The position numbers and the translations under genes are program-made. The notes under the pieces were generated by a model that saw only the letters and a program-made list of their open reading frames with translations, ran no database searches and was not told the DNA's origin. From Octopus vulgaris (taxonomy: Eukaryota): 64,000 nt of DNA. Shown one piece after another: positions 8,986 through 24,765 of the stretch (position 1 is the first letter of the stretch; each line of letters opens with the position of its first letter). Location: NCBI GenBank assembly GCA_951406725.2, contig OX597820.1:52948001-53012000 (forward strand). Direction: 5' to 3'.

Positions 8986-11222
8986 TTCAAAATCAATACC
9001 GAAAATTAAAGTCAATTTAAAATCAATACATTTTGTGCTTAAATCTAAACTCAATACATTTTCCATGTCAGTCTGTCTTAAGGATTGTACTACATACTGT
9101 TTTCGTAAAAATGACATAGAGCATAGATATATGTATAAGGTCGTAATTTGGAAATAAATGTGTTTTTATTTCTTGAAAATATTTCTTTGTAGCTTCATAC
9201 ATGGATGCAGAAGGACACCATACAACAATCAAGGTTTGATTAAATCAATATTAAGCCTCAACTTCCTTCTTTCGCTTTAAGTAGAAGTCTATATCAGTGT
9301 TGAGGTGGAAATTTCTGGTAGTGGTATATAGTTTTCTGATTTTGACTCAAATGCCCCGGATGCGAAATGATTTTTCGCAGAGAGTTCCGGGTCACAGTTA
9401 TGAACTGATTTGCATACATCCAATCAGAGCTCAACTATCAAACTAATTTATGAGCGTATAACAAGTGATGGGCGATTAGATAAGGCCATTTGGGTATGGA
9501 ATGACTATGCTTCTTTTCGCTTTTAATAAAGCATGTTGTTCTTGTTAGGCATAATCTGAAGGCTGACCAGCGCCTTTCCTTTCACACTTTTCAAACAATC
9601 CTTCAACGGTCTGCCAGCACCAATGCGGTTTCTGACACCAGCAACAACCTTTGTTTACATGACAACAAGGTCAAGATGAGCTCTGACTGGCTGCATGCAT
9701 ATGAGTTCATTACTGAGGTCCAGAACTCTAGCGGGGAAAAAAAATTCGCGCCCTTGATCCCATCTATAGGCCAATGTAATAACCCAAATTTGGGTTGAGT
9801 AGGGAAAAATCAAAGCCTTATCAGGACAATTTACAGAGCAACAGAGGTGTACATTCCCATCTTAAATAGGAAAGACATTAGGAAAGTATTGCTTGTTATC
9901 GCTGTTCTTGTTAATTGTTTTTGTAAGATATATTTTATAATATGAGTAAGTCAGCCAGTTTTGTCGCATAGAAATATATGGTTTCCCTAATTATGAATTA
10001 AACATTTCGTGACAAAGCCTTGTGTGTCACTTATTTTGGATACCACTGCAATTCATATTCCGAGTGCAATAGTTGAATATTTCGGAAAGGTTAACTGCGA
10101 ATGTACTTTTCTTCACTTATTTTGGACGAATCATTCACATCCGCTGGGTAGTTCGCCTCTAGAAAAGTAAGTACATAATAACTCTTGTCCGAATAAAACG
10201 ACTACTTCTAATGTGATCAAATTCGTTGATATTTTTATGGGAATATTCCATCAATACTCGCTGTGTCGGGACGTATGAATATACATAACAACAGAATTAT
10301 TTCCTATGTCTGTCTCCGAGCAGAGTTTCTCGTTAATAATGAATGTTGTTTTAAGAATATCATGCTCTATAGGAGCGTATTATCGTGATGACATTGTGTA
10401 AAATCAGCTAATATATGCAAAGTAATTTAAATATATATGATTTGATCGACATTTTCGATTGTATGTTCATGCCTAAGAACAATTCGTTGACTCCTTTAGC
10501 TAACTGTCGTTGTTCTAATTTTTCTTTTGCCTTTTTCTTTCAGTCACATACTTCACATACGTAAAGCGTGTGTACATGTGCCTGTGTGTATGTGTGCGTG
10601 TGTTTGTGCATGCCTATGTATGTACGAATTTATTCGTGTACCTACTCATGTTTGTGTTCACGGATGCGTCTCCTTGCCACTAGAGATCTGTATGATTTAA
10701 CTTACGTACATCATACATATATATATTTACGTATGTGTCGACCTCTTAAAGACTAAATACCTGGAAAGTTTTACATTTGTTCGCAGTTTATATAAGTATG
10801 CGTATATATGTACCTTTTAAATTTTAAATTCCAGAAATGTATTACATATTTTCACCACATTTCATTGTAAATTCCTAATTAGACGAGCATTTTCTAGTTC
10901 TGTGAAACTGGTGCTAAGACAGTCAATTTCGTTATTAACCATGAGTTTGAGAAAAAGAGGGGACGATACGAGGACAGACAAAACAAAGATTGGGGTCAGG
11001 GTATCGAAGGAGACGAAACGTATGAATAAACACACAATTAAAATATATACAATTAAATGAGAATGAGTGATTTACAAAAAACGAAGAGGGGATGCGGTCG
11101 GCCTCACAAACCACATACTCACACTGAAGACTTTGCTTTCTCTTTTTTATATTCTCGTTTAAACAGGTTCTTTCTCTCGCAACATACTTGCTATATACTT
11201 CCATCTTTTACGAAACACACAT

Positions 11223-11318
11223 TGCGACAGGCATTTCTTCTCCAGCCTTATTTTCCGTTTCATGTGGAAAACGAAAAAGTCGATTAGCTCGAGACTGGAG
11301 ATGAACATGCCTGTTGCA
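11223..11318. other. Unique-sequence imperfect hairpin (candidate structured RNA)
   Basis: TGCGACAGGCATTTCTTCTCCAGCCTT pairs with GAGACTGGAGATGAACATGCCTGTTGCA. There is an internal second stem TTTTCCGTTTC/GAAAACGAAAAA. Confidence 0.5.
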
Positions 11319-11630
11319 GTTCCCTTCACTCTCGTCTTCCATACTACCTCTTTCGGTCAGTCAGTGGCATTATAAAACCTCCCAATACTCGCAGGAATAA
11401 AACTAAAGATACAGAACTGGTGTAGTATTAGCAGGTTTTCCGCGATCTAAGTATAGATATTTGCTTTTTCTTTTATCTTTAAAATTATAACAACGTTTGT
11501 TGCACAACAAATTTCAATTACTGTGTATACATATATTTTTTCTATCCTATATCGTAATGTCTGGTTTGTAATGCTTTTATTTTTGAGAGGGTTCGACGGC
11601 AACATTCTGTAACTTATTATTATTTTTTCC

Positions 11631-12205
<575 letters not shown>

Positions 12206-12448
12206 TAATATTTACTTCAGTATCGTCATGTTCGAGGATTCTGGTTTATAAATATTTCATCATAAGTAGATTATATCTTCACATATTCAAAAATTTAGGT
12301 TCTTGCTAGTGGCATTGTATTGTACTATTTAGTCACAACTCAATCCTCATTGACCTAATTTGAAACACAAGTTCAGTCATCACTTAAAATATGCTGAAGC
12401 AACATATTTGCTTATGTGGTCGCTTTTGTATTTTAGATTAAGTTATTC

Positions 12449-12509
<61 letters not shown>

Positions 12510-12528
12510 CATAGATAGATATACAGAC

Positions 12529-12603
<75 letters not shown>
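12449..12603. repeat. (ATCT)n, (AGAT)n and (AAAG)n tetranucleotide tracts
   Basis: Directly visible. Confidence 0.95.
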
Positions 12604-12605
<2 letters not shown>

Positions 12606-13504
12606 AATATATTGAGATAAGTAGGTAGGTAGATAGGTAGTTAGATAGGTACATACGTACGTACGTAGACCATGAAATTATGCGCAAGCACACACAAAAT
12701 GCGTCCATGTGTGTGTGCGTGTGAGAGTTTGTGGGTGAGTGTGTGCATTTATGCGTGAATGTGTGTGTATGTGTGTGTGTGTATGTGAGTGTATGTGTGA
12801 TGGTTAGAATTTTTTCAAATTTCTATTTAATTTCAGAGCGTCCAGACCACTAGCGGGTGTACCCACCGGTTGATATGTCGTCCCTTCCTAGCCGGCGTAA
12901 CTCTAATAAGACCACACAGCAGCTCACAAATGGTTGAATTTCAAAGTTGTCAGGTGCAGATGGGAATGATCGCTCAGTGATAGAACATTCCAAATCCTCC
13001 CCCCACACACACACTTCCACCCGAATAGGCCTCCTCAGCTGGAACTACACCTGGCGGATGACACCTCTGCACCACTCCATCCAACCCATCCTGTCTTAAA
13101 GGGTTTTCCTTTCGGCCCAATGGTGGGGTGGTTTTGAAGGTGTTGTCGTTGAAACTTCATGCTACGTGCCTTACGGGTAGCTGAGGTACTTCTCCGGGAG
13201 AGAGAATTTGGTGGGGGTTTGTACATGAGATTATTGCTGGTGAGGATTTTACGAGTTTGGAGAGCTTATCTTAGCTGAATCTCGTTAAGTCACCTGTTAC
13301 GATTCGCAGAGGAGAAGTTGTATGTATTCATTGGCATGCTGGTCTCCACACGCAGGGGCAACGTTTGGTCTGTTCTTTGGCACGCCGGTAGGGTATAATT
13401 TGAAGTGGTCAACTATTTGGTCCAATATCATTAGATATAAGCACCTGTCAATGAGCGTATGTTGTAGCAAAGTATTCGATGTTATCACAGTGTTTCGTGA
13501 TTTT

Positions 13505-13712
13505 CAGCTGTAGAAATGAGTTGCGACATCACTGGTGCCAAGCTGTATCAGCCTTTGCCTTTCCCTTGGATAACTTCTGTGGCGTGAATAGGGAAGGCTG
13601 GTATGCATGGACAATTTCTGGTCTTCCATAAAACAACCTTGCCCGAACTTGTGCCACGGAAGGTAATATTCTAGGCTCAATTCCATGGTCATTCTTGACC
13701 GAAGGGGGGGTC
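13505..13712 (+). mobile_element. 5'-truncated family A SINE
   Basis: Colinear with 545-749 (CAGCTGTAGAAATGAGTTGCGAC...GACCGAAGGGGG.TC). Confidence 0.9.
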
Positions 13713-14022
13713 TCCGATATATATCCCTGTACTCTAATGTACGTTTCCACAAATCATGCGTCGGTGTATGTGCTCGCACACGTACGTTTCCATGAGTGAC
13801 AGAGTTATTGTGCCATCCCGGTGGAGTGATTCTGTGGTTCCGTTTATGTACGTCAGTGTATACGATCTGAATTCCATTGCGTGACTGCGTGTCAGTTTGT
13901 GAATTCGTAGGAACATATTAATATATTGCACGAGTATCAAAATTAACATCCATAACCTTGTTTCACGAAAGAAATTATTCTTGTATATTATTTCCTGTCA
14001 TAAATCTTTGTATACAATATCA

Positions 14023-15900
<1,878 letters not shown>

Positions 15901-16420
15901 TCTATAACATTTTTATTGATATGTACGCAAAATACATGCGTAACTAAATAAGTTCGAAATATATGAATTCATCTCCTATACACACGTGCACCCGCTAATT
16001 TTCTCAGTGCGGGAAAAAGAAACAGTTTGTTTGTCTTCGGTATATTCATCCTTTAATGTCGTCAACATATTTGGATTTGATGATTTGACGCTATTTCTCA
16101 ATATACTATTCCTATTTGGAAATGGAGACTTCGGATCTACAAACACATGGCAGACCACGTGTCAGGAGGTACGTCACATGAACTTTAACATTCACGTATG
16201 CTTTTTTTTTTCGTATGTTATTTTTTTTTCGGTTATATCTTTGAGCGTATATTAGAATATATTACGGTAGAGCTAGTAATAAGTATCAAGTATTCTTACA
16301 ATTCCATAAATATCCTTGGAAACACATTGTTATATGTGTGTGTGTGAGTGTGTGTGTGTGTGCGTGCGTGTGTGTGTATGTATATATATATATACATATA
16401 TATGTATATGTATATATATA

Positions 16421-16647
16421 TATTTCTTTATTACAAACAAGGGGCTAAGCACAGAGGGGACGAACAAGGACAGACAAACAGATTAACTCGATTACATCGA
16501 CCCCAGTGTATAACTGGTACTTAATTTATCGACCCCGAAAAGATGAAAGGTAAAGTCCACCTCGGTGGAATTTGAACTCAGAACGTAACGGCAGACGAAA
16601 TACGGCTACGCATTTCGCTCGGCGTGCTAACGATTCTGCCAGCTTGC

Positions 16648-16648
<1 letters not shown>
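16421..16648 (-). mobile_element. Full-length family M SINE (long-tail variant)
   Basis: Head GGCAAGCTGGCAGAATCGTTAGCACG on the minus strand, Meta-like core, tail ..AGCCCCTTGTTTGTAATAAAGAAATA. Confidence 0.9.
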
Positions 16649-16695
<47 letters not shown>

Positions 16696-16838
16696 ATATA
16701 TATATATATATTTATATATATGTATATATAAATATATGTATATATAAATATATATATATATATATACCTGTGTGTGTGTGCGCGCGAGCATGTGTATATA
16801 TCTATATCTATCTATATATATATATATATATATATATA

Positions 16839-17045
16839 CAGGGTGGCCCAAAAGTAGGTTTACCGTTATTCAACTATCCCTTTCGCATTCATATATTAAC
16901 AGTTTAGATCTTAAGTATAAAATAAATATGAAACCGTTATTCTATACTTAGTTTTTTGTAAGATAGAAATTTAAATGTAATAAAATGTTTTAAAAGAAAT
17001 TTTAAGTGCTTACAGGGTGGCCCAACCTACTTTTGGGCCACCCTG
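16839..17045. mobile_element. Tc1/mariner-type MITE
   Basis: TA-CAGGGTGGCCCAAAAGTAGGTT...AACCTACTTTTGGGCCACCCTG-TA. A second copy is inverted at 31967-32194. Confidence 0.92.
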
Positions 17046-17499
17046 TATGTGTACATGAATGCATTCCTAATATATATGCATATAAATGTGTGTGTGTGTG
17101 TGTGGTGAGTAAAGTGAATTAGCAGGGTCACAGCACGTCACAGTACGTCTGCCAGAACGCATAACATGGTTTTGTTTCGCTTCTCTCTGAGTTCTTATTC
17201 AACCGAGGTCACCATAGAATTTCAGTTACTGGGATCGATAAATACTTTTGAGAATTGCTATAGAACCAGACGACTCACAATGCAGTTTGTACTAGCGAAC
17301 TTTGTGTTCTAACTTTATTCTAGATATATGTGAACCAAACACGTCGCTTGACCGCGGGGTGCCTTGTCGAATCCGTTGTTGGTCAACAAAGAGAATAAAG
17401 CATCTTGATAAAAAGCAGAATAGTTTCAGAGGATTTGTCCAACACTGAATGAAAATCAGCTGTCCAACAAAGAAATCCTTTCAACAGCGACATGGAGCC

Positions 17500-17800
17500 C
17501 AGAATCACCATACTTTCGACGTCCTCGTTATTAATTCCATGATGTTCTTCCCTGAGAGCGCCAGTAATACGGAATATTCGAGCCTATTACAACACATGAA
17601 TGTCCTAGACCTCAGCCAATACAACTCAATCCAATTGATCATTATGTAGTCACACCCATACAAACTCAAGCCTTTGGAATCTTTACCATGTAACTCTAGC
17701 TATTTTATCGATACTACAACGGCATCCGATATTCCAAGTTAAACAATTTCAAACCATGCGAGACACACGTCCGCCCTCCTAGCCGTTCCTTAGCTACGTC
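17500..17800 (-). pseudogene. Possible decayed AP-endonuclease N-terminus of an RTE-like LINE
   Basis: Scattered minus-strand fragments resembling xWNI, LAEV and YYW..HHG in the correct order, with many stops and frameshifts. Confidence 0.3.
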
Positions 17801-18702
17801 ATGCATTATCCCTTCCCATGCAAACCCGCTGGAATTCCAACACTACTCACCTTTTTATTAAATCACAACGGTCGTTAAGGACATGTGGTCGAAAGCACAG
17901 GCCTTCCTCGACGTAAACAAAATGAATTTGGCCTTCAAGTAATCTGAACAACCATAAAGGAACTCGCTCCCTAGATATTCAAGTGTGTGAATATGTCTGC
18001 AATAGTGTGGGATATATTCAGGAAAGCTGTAACAGAGAACGTATACTGAAATATTAATACCATCTCTTTTCTTTTGGAGACAATTTTCAAAGTGACAATA
18101 TTTCATATCATATCGTTATTACATGGAACAGTTGAGTTGAAATAAAGGAAGGCAACTTGTTTATAGGGTGGCGTCAAAATGATGATGGATTGGGTTTGGC
18201 TTATTCTGAATAGTTTTGAAAAAAAAAATTTTAAATGCTTTTAACTCCTTCCTCTTTGTAAAGAACTTCGCTTTCCCTACCGAATTTCGTCATTACATTC
18301 GAATGTAAGAACGTTCAGTTCAATATCCACCACAAGTCCTTTGCTGTAACATATGAACTTGTGTAGGAAAGACGTATGTAATTCCATTATTTTAGCATAT
18401 TCTTCAAGATTTGTTTCGTTGAAGTACATTTGGTATGCAATGTTATTTAAGAAAATACTTCAGGGAACAGTTTTGTAAGAGCGATGTACACAGTTAATTT
18501 TTCTGGAAATTGCAGCAAAAGAACTATCAGATGCCAGCTAGCGAAACATTGACCTTGTGATTTTAGAGACACATACAGATTTTATGGGGTGGCGACCACA
18601 AGAAATCTTTAAATATCTTATAATTGTGTTTCTCACTCCGTGAGCTAGAATGTGCGTTACACTCTATTCGCTTGTTATCATTAAAAACTGGTATTGTTAC
18701 AA

Positions 18703-18920
18703 AGGCAGCGAGCTGGCAGGATCTTTAACATGCCGGGGGAAATGCTTCGCGATATTCCTTCCGAATTTTACGTTCTAATTTCAAATTCTGCAGGGTTGAC
18801 TTTGCCTTTCTGTGTCGATAAAATAAGTACCAGTTGCGCATTGAGGTCGATGTAATTGACTAGTCTGCCTGCTACCAAAAATTTCAGGTTCTTATTCCTA
18901 TAGTAGAACGAATTATTATT
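18703..18920 (+). mobile_element. Diverged family M SINE
   Basis: GGCAGCGAGCTGGCAG..TTCAAATTCTGC..GACTTTGCCTTTC..GTCGATAAAATAAGTACCAG. Confidence 0.85.
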
Positions 18921-19672
18921 AGTAGCAGAAATACACCCTCCAGGCGTTTCCTGCTAGTAATGAAATAATCCAATTTTCCAAGCTCACACTTCTACATATA
19001 CTCAAACGTATGTATGTGCGTACATATATACGGATATATATATATGTATATACGAAAAGAGAGCTGTGAAAACTTGCTGTTCGTTATTCTCTATAACATG
19101 GCTTCCTTTGCAAGTTAGAGTTATAGGTAGTATCACACTATTGATTGATTTAACACGTTATTTTCTAAAGAGTTTGCACTTAAGAGTCATTGTGTTTAGA
19201 AGAGTCATCTTTGCCAGTAATTAAACAAAAGCACTGATTGCTATTATTCACTTTTCGTGTTTTTCAGTATTTTGTTGTGAATATGTAAATTTATCGTTAC
19301 ACATGTGTGACCTGTCTTCTGATCTCTGCCAAGAAATTTCACTCTTGTAATATATCACAATATTTGCTTCATAGCACGATTTTAATTCAGAATTTCAGCC
19401 AAACATATACATTAGAATCATTCTGAGATGTCGTATGTTGTTGAGCACCCGGTCAGATTACAGATTACTCAGGGCTCTGATCAATAATCTTCGGCCCTAT
19501 TTTTTTAAGTCAGCCATTGGGTATTTACAACTATATAATCGTATTTATTTATTTATTGACATTAAATTTGTAAGTCGAGGTGAATTTGACTTGCTGTATT
19601 TCTTCTTACTCTGGGTGTTCAAAGTTCTAATCAAGCACTTTGCTGCATGGAAGGTAAGCTTCATCTACTAAC

Positions 19673-19838
19673 CTTTTAACAACATCATGGTTTTTCAATG
19701 ACTTAGCGAAGTCTCCTTTGTTCCAAGTATTTGGGTCAGACCTCTCAGACCCCATGTTTGAAGATATATTTCTCTCTCCCTCAACCAATTTGGAAGGCCT
19801 CAAAACGATTAATGTACACTGTTCACTGTTCCTCACTC
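19673..19838 (-). other. Candidate exon
   Basis: Pyrimidine-rich acceptor TTTATTTTTATCGCATTAACAG|GAG, donor AAAAG|GTTAGT, open frame with AACATGG giving MGSERSDPNTWNKGDFAKSLKNHDVVK. No recognisable homology. Confidence 0.25.
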
Positions 19839-21593
19839 CTGTTAATGCGATAAAAATAAATCCGTCCGACAACCACGTAGAGGCTTCCGCGTCTACACAG
19901 CGTTGTTATATTTAATAAATGGGAGTAACATTGGCCGCTGTGAAATACAACTGTCGCGAATGTGTTAAATTAAAAGCAATATCGAATTTTCTTTTTCCCT
20001 TACTAGAGGAGTAGTAGAATGTTTATCAGAAGTCTGAACCTAACCTTCTGTTACATATCATTGTGTATTTCAAGACTTTCCTATCAGTCTTTGTTCAGCT
20101 AATCTATTAGCCTAACCGGTGCCAACAGAACACACGCAACGCCAACAGATTTCAAGAGGTGGATTTTTGAATGTTATCTATCTATTGATATCAAAGAAAC
20201 TGGAAGTAATTAGTGATTTTTTATTTCATCATTATTATTTTTTATCTATTATTATTATTATTTTTTTATGGTTGAAGTTTTTGATATTTTACATCTCTTT
20301 ATCATTACAAAGAAATCAAAGTTTCGAGTTTAACTTTATATTTTTATTTTCCATCTTTTTTTCTTTTTATTCTTTTCCTAAACAGAGAACAGTCTTGTTA
20401 ACATAACATCTCACTGCTGTATCTGCTTAATTGAAAATGTGCTAGAAAATGGCACCTTTTGACCAATGAATTCTTGAATATACGTGTGGGGTGGTGTGGT
20501 GCAATTTATTCATTTACTTATTTATTTGCTTATTATATATTGCTGTTAGTCCTGCAGTCAGTTTGTTCCTGCATTAGTAATTGGCTGGTAGTTACATTTA
20601 AGTCAGCAACGTATTGGCTACTTGTCAAAATGAAGGAATTAATTGTGTTATCTAGGACACAGTCGGTGGAAATTAACTTTATCTGTGAAATTGATTGAAT
20701 CAATTATAAATAAATAAACAAATAGTGTAGACGATATTAAACAATACCTCTCTCCATCTACATACCAACACACACTTCCTCGTAAAGTAGCTTAGCTCTC
20801 TGCTCGCTTAGCTTTTAACAAGACATTTTATATCAAATAACATTATGTTATATAAGTACAGATGGAATGTTCGTGAGGAAATATCAAAAACCAAGTTTCG
20901 CTTCTCAGTGAAGTTATTTCAAATTACTAAACTCTTTATTACATTCGTGAAAGAAATGAAAATCATCAAAGTTCGCATTTACCTTTCCCCCGAGAATAAA
21001 TATAATGCAATGACCTTCTTTAAGAAATCCTCTGTACCTGTGAGATGTGTCCAACACCTAATTTGGTTTCTCGTTTATCTCAGTATACAATTTCAAGCTC
21101 GGTCTTAATATATTAGAAGTATGAACGTGACTGCATCTTGTTTTCACTTCCCAATAAAATATATAATGACTTTTTTATGTAACAAAATGTCGTTTCGATA
21201 CACAAGACATATTTTGTTGCAAAGTCATGTGCATGAGTCGGTTTCATTTTCTTGTTGGGAATCATTTTATAGCCGTTGCTAAATCACCTTGCAATTTAAC
21301 ATGGTCACTCCCTCGGCTTGAGGTGCCAGAGAAAGGTGCCAGAGAAAGTTATTTAGCCATATAATAGCCCCTATTTCTCCTTTTTATTCGGTTTGTTCTT
21401 GTATTGAGATAATTATTTGCACTTAACTAACGATGTCAGACGAACGAATATAATGTGACTAGTTCCATACATCAAGGTTCAGGGTTCAAATTCTCACTTA
21501 TCACACATGTTAATTAGATAAGTAACATTAAATTTCAATGGCGTGGGGAAATAAATAGACCATTTATTCCAGGCACACACAATTGCATTTTCG

Positions 21594-21650
<57 letters not shown>

Positions 21651-22284
21651 CCGCGAAAATATTGCGTATGTATTAGAGATCAAAATCAAATGTCTTAATA
21701 TGTCGGAACGTTAACCTCTGAAATCTTATTTCAGTTCTCAATTATGCTAGTACTGCAACACTTGAGAGTAAAACAACCATATATTCAAGTACTTTACCTG
21801 TCTTTATTTTCTTTAGTCAGTTCAGAAATTTGATATCAAACCATTTGTAATATATAATTAAATATTTTCTTCTTTAGTATAGAGCAGAGATGTTTCGTGT
21901 CAAGAACCAGTTGTCTTTTGTCTTTGAGAACATCAGTGAAACTATTGATGTTGTCCACGATATCAAAGTCTTTGTTCATTTCTCAGAAGAGAGCTTTCTA
22001 GATAATTTATTTCCATAAACACTGAATCTGTCATTCATTCTTTGAATCGAAATTTTATCATGAGACTGTGCAATGCAGCGTGTACCTACATGGTATTTTT
22101 CGACTCAATTTTTATCCCCTGATGCGCGTAACACTTTACTCTAGAAAATCCCATTGACTTAATCATTTAATTCGCTGCAGATGGTAGCCGTCATAATTTC
22201 TAGTGGACTCTCGAGGCTTCTTTATGATACGTTATCAAGTGTATCCTGACGACTTCTGCTGCTATACATTACTGACCCTCTACA

Positions 22285-22438
22285 CATCAACCCTAGTGTT
22301 CCACGGGTACTTATTTTATCGACGTCCAAAGGATGAAAGTCAACGTCGACCTCGGTGGATTCTGAACTGAGAACGCAAAGACGGACGAAATGCTGCTGGC
22401 ATTATTGCCCAGCGTGCTAACGATACTGCCTGATCGCC
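22285..22438 (-). mobile_element. Diverged family M SINE
   Basis: GGTACTTATTTTATCGAC..AAAGGATGAAAG..GTCGACCTCGG..GAACTGAGAACG..CGTGCTAACGA. Confidence 0.8.
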
Positions 22439-22945
22439 ACATTGTTTAAAACTGAAAAATATTAATTAATATGCACACTTGCAGCAGAGAGGTGGGTATA
22501 CTCTATCGGACATTCATCAATATATTACTGGTATTTATTTATTGATATTGAAAGGATAAGATAAACTGCCTTGGAAAATTATTTCATTTTATTAAGTACC
22601 ATTATGTTGTAAGACACAAAATAAAACATTTAACTTTTCGGACATTTTAGCAACATCATTCATAAATCGTAAGTCATAAAAAACGTTTCTGTGAATGGAC
22701 AGCAACCAAGATCTTGCAGGGCCTTTGATACTTATAAGGAGAAGGGTGGAAGAACATACAATCAATAGTCCCTGCAAAGATATCTTAAGATATTGGATTA
22801 TTAGCGGATTTCCTTACATGTATCCAAGACACAGCTGATAACAGAGTTGAACCTATAATCTGCAAGGTATTAAGCACTTTACTGATTCTGCCACCTCTAA
22901 AAACAATACTATTTGAATTAATTTTTAGTACAAACAATCCCTTCT

Positions 22946-23013
<68 letters not shown>

Positions 23014-23030
23014 TAGTATATTCATATATA

Positions 23031-23433
23031 TTTTTACTTGTTTCGCTCATTAGACTGCGGCCATGCTGGGACACCACTTTGAAGACATTTAGTTGCACTT
23101 GTCGACCACCAGTGCTTATTTATTATTTTTTTTTACTTGTATCGATCTCTCTTCCGGAAGCACTAGCTTATGAGGACTCGAAGACATCAACACCGGTTGT
23201 CAAGCGGTGGTGGGGAACAAGTATATACGCAAACACACACACACACACAATCACACGTACATACGTATATACGACATACCACGGGTTTCTTTCAGTTTCG
23301 GTCTATGAAATTCATTCACAAGATTTTGCTCAACCTGAGGCTGTACCAGAAGACATTAGCCGAAGGTAATACACAGTGGGATTGACCCCCGGAACCACGT
23401 AGCTGGGTAGGAAACTTCCTACCACGCCTGCAC
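23031..23433 (-). mobile_element. Full-length composite family C SINE
   Basis: Tail TTTTACTTGTTTC..GACTGCGGCCATGCTG, short internal (CA)n, head ..CAGTGGGATTGACCCCCGGAACCAC. Confidence 0.8.
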
Positions 23434-23483
23434 TAACAATCTCTTGTCAAAATCAAAACCAATTTCCAGTATATATATTTTTT

Positions 23484-23870
23484 TCTCTCTAGTTTCAGCT
23501 CAGAGCTGCGGCCATGCTGATGCACCGCCGTTTTGCTACACTGTTATTACTAAGAGCCTCCTCTAATATGTGGCACTTTGTGAAGAATGGCGTTTGATAT
23601 AGCTATCCTTATTTGCACCTCTTGCCGTGAGGTAGGTTCATCTGGGACTCTCGACAGGAAGAGGTCCAGCTTTGACTTAAAAACCCCTATATCTACTTCG
23701 TGCAAGTTCCTCAGACTCTTTGGGAGAATATTAAAAAGCTGTGGGCCCTCGAAACTCAGGCTATTGCAGTAACAGTTCCTGAAGCGTGATGGCATTGCTG
23801 GACATTTGGCACTACGCAATGTCGTCCCGTTCTGGCATTGGTCTAGCTTTCAATGCCAAAATTTGGCACA
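23484..23870 (-). mobile_element. 3' end of a CR1-group LINE (ORF2 C-terminus plus 3' UTR)
   Basis: ORF 23550-23819 ..NSLSFEGPQLFNILPKSLRNL..FKSKLDLFLSRVPDEP..SN, the typical LFNxLP..FKxxLDxFL motif. 3' tail GGCGGTGCATCAGCATGGCCGCAGCTCTGAGCTGAAACTAGAGAGA. Confidence 0.8.
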
Positions 23871-23895
23871 ATATATATATATATATATATATATT

Positions 23896-24765
23896 CGATG
23901 GGGCACCCAAAAGAAACCGAAATTTTCAATATTGTTTTATTCACTTAGTTTTACATGTATACACCTTTATCGCCCTCAAAGTATTCACTATTTGAAGCAA
24001 TGCATCGGTCCAGGAGAGTTTTCCACTAATCAAATTAGTGCTGGAACTCTTGCGAACTGATGCCTTTTAACGCTAACGTCGTTTTTTCCTTCAAACCTTG
24101 TACGTTTGCAAATTCCGTAGAAACCAGCTTTCGTCACCAGTGATGGCTTTCGAAAAAAAGGTCCGTATCAGCTTCCAACTGTTCTTTCAGTTCACGATAC
24201 GCATTCAGTCGTGACTGTTTTTGATCTTCCGTGAGCAAGTGAGGCACACATTTCGCTGCAACTCTTTCTATTCGCAATTCCTCGCTTAAAATTCGTTGGC
24301 AGGAGCACCAGGACACACCTGCCAGAGCAACAAGTTCGTCAGTTGTTTGGTGACAGCCTTCCAAGATCAGTTCATGAATTTTCATGATGTTTTCATTTGT
24401 TTGAGAGGTCCGCGGTCGTCCTGAACGAGGTTGGTCTTCAAGCGAGAAGTCATCATTCCTAAAGCGTGGAAACCACTCGTAAACTTGTGTTTTGCTCATG
24501 GCAGCGTCCTTTTAAGCTGTTTGAAGCATGATAATTGTTTCGGCCGCCGTTTTCCCTAGCAGGAAACAGAATTTCAGGGAAGCACGCTGTTCCTTCGTTT
24601 CAGTTATCGCAAAATTCTACGAACAGGGGAAAAGCGCTGCAAAACAAAGATGCAGTCGAAAGTTTGGTGCCTGATTGTCGCATCAAGTGATTTCCAGCGG
24701 CAGAAACCTGAACTACAATGGGTTTGTCCCACAGAGAACGTTCCCGGTTACTTTTGGGTACCTCG
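23896..24765 (-). mobile_element. Internally deleted mariner transposon
   Basis: Imperfect TIRs CGA(TG)GG..CCCAAAAG.AACCG. Transposase EQRASLKFCFLLGKTAAET..*..MSKTQVYEWF.RF..DQPRSGRP..AAKCVPHLLT, then a jump to C-terminal CIASNSEYFEGDK, with most of the DDD domain missing. Confidence 0.9.

Noticed and set aside
12835-13504. GC-richer block, possibly a LINE C-terminus/UTR on the minus strand
   Set aside because: Only faint motif resemblance (RC..DHF.L.P), too weak to assign.
24134-24499. Functional transposase or SETMAR-like gene
   Set aside because: There is an upstream in-frame stop, a frameshift before the first catalytic Asp, and deletion of the catalytic core.
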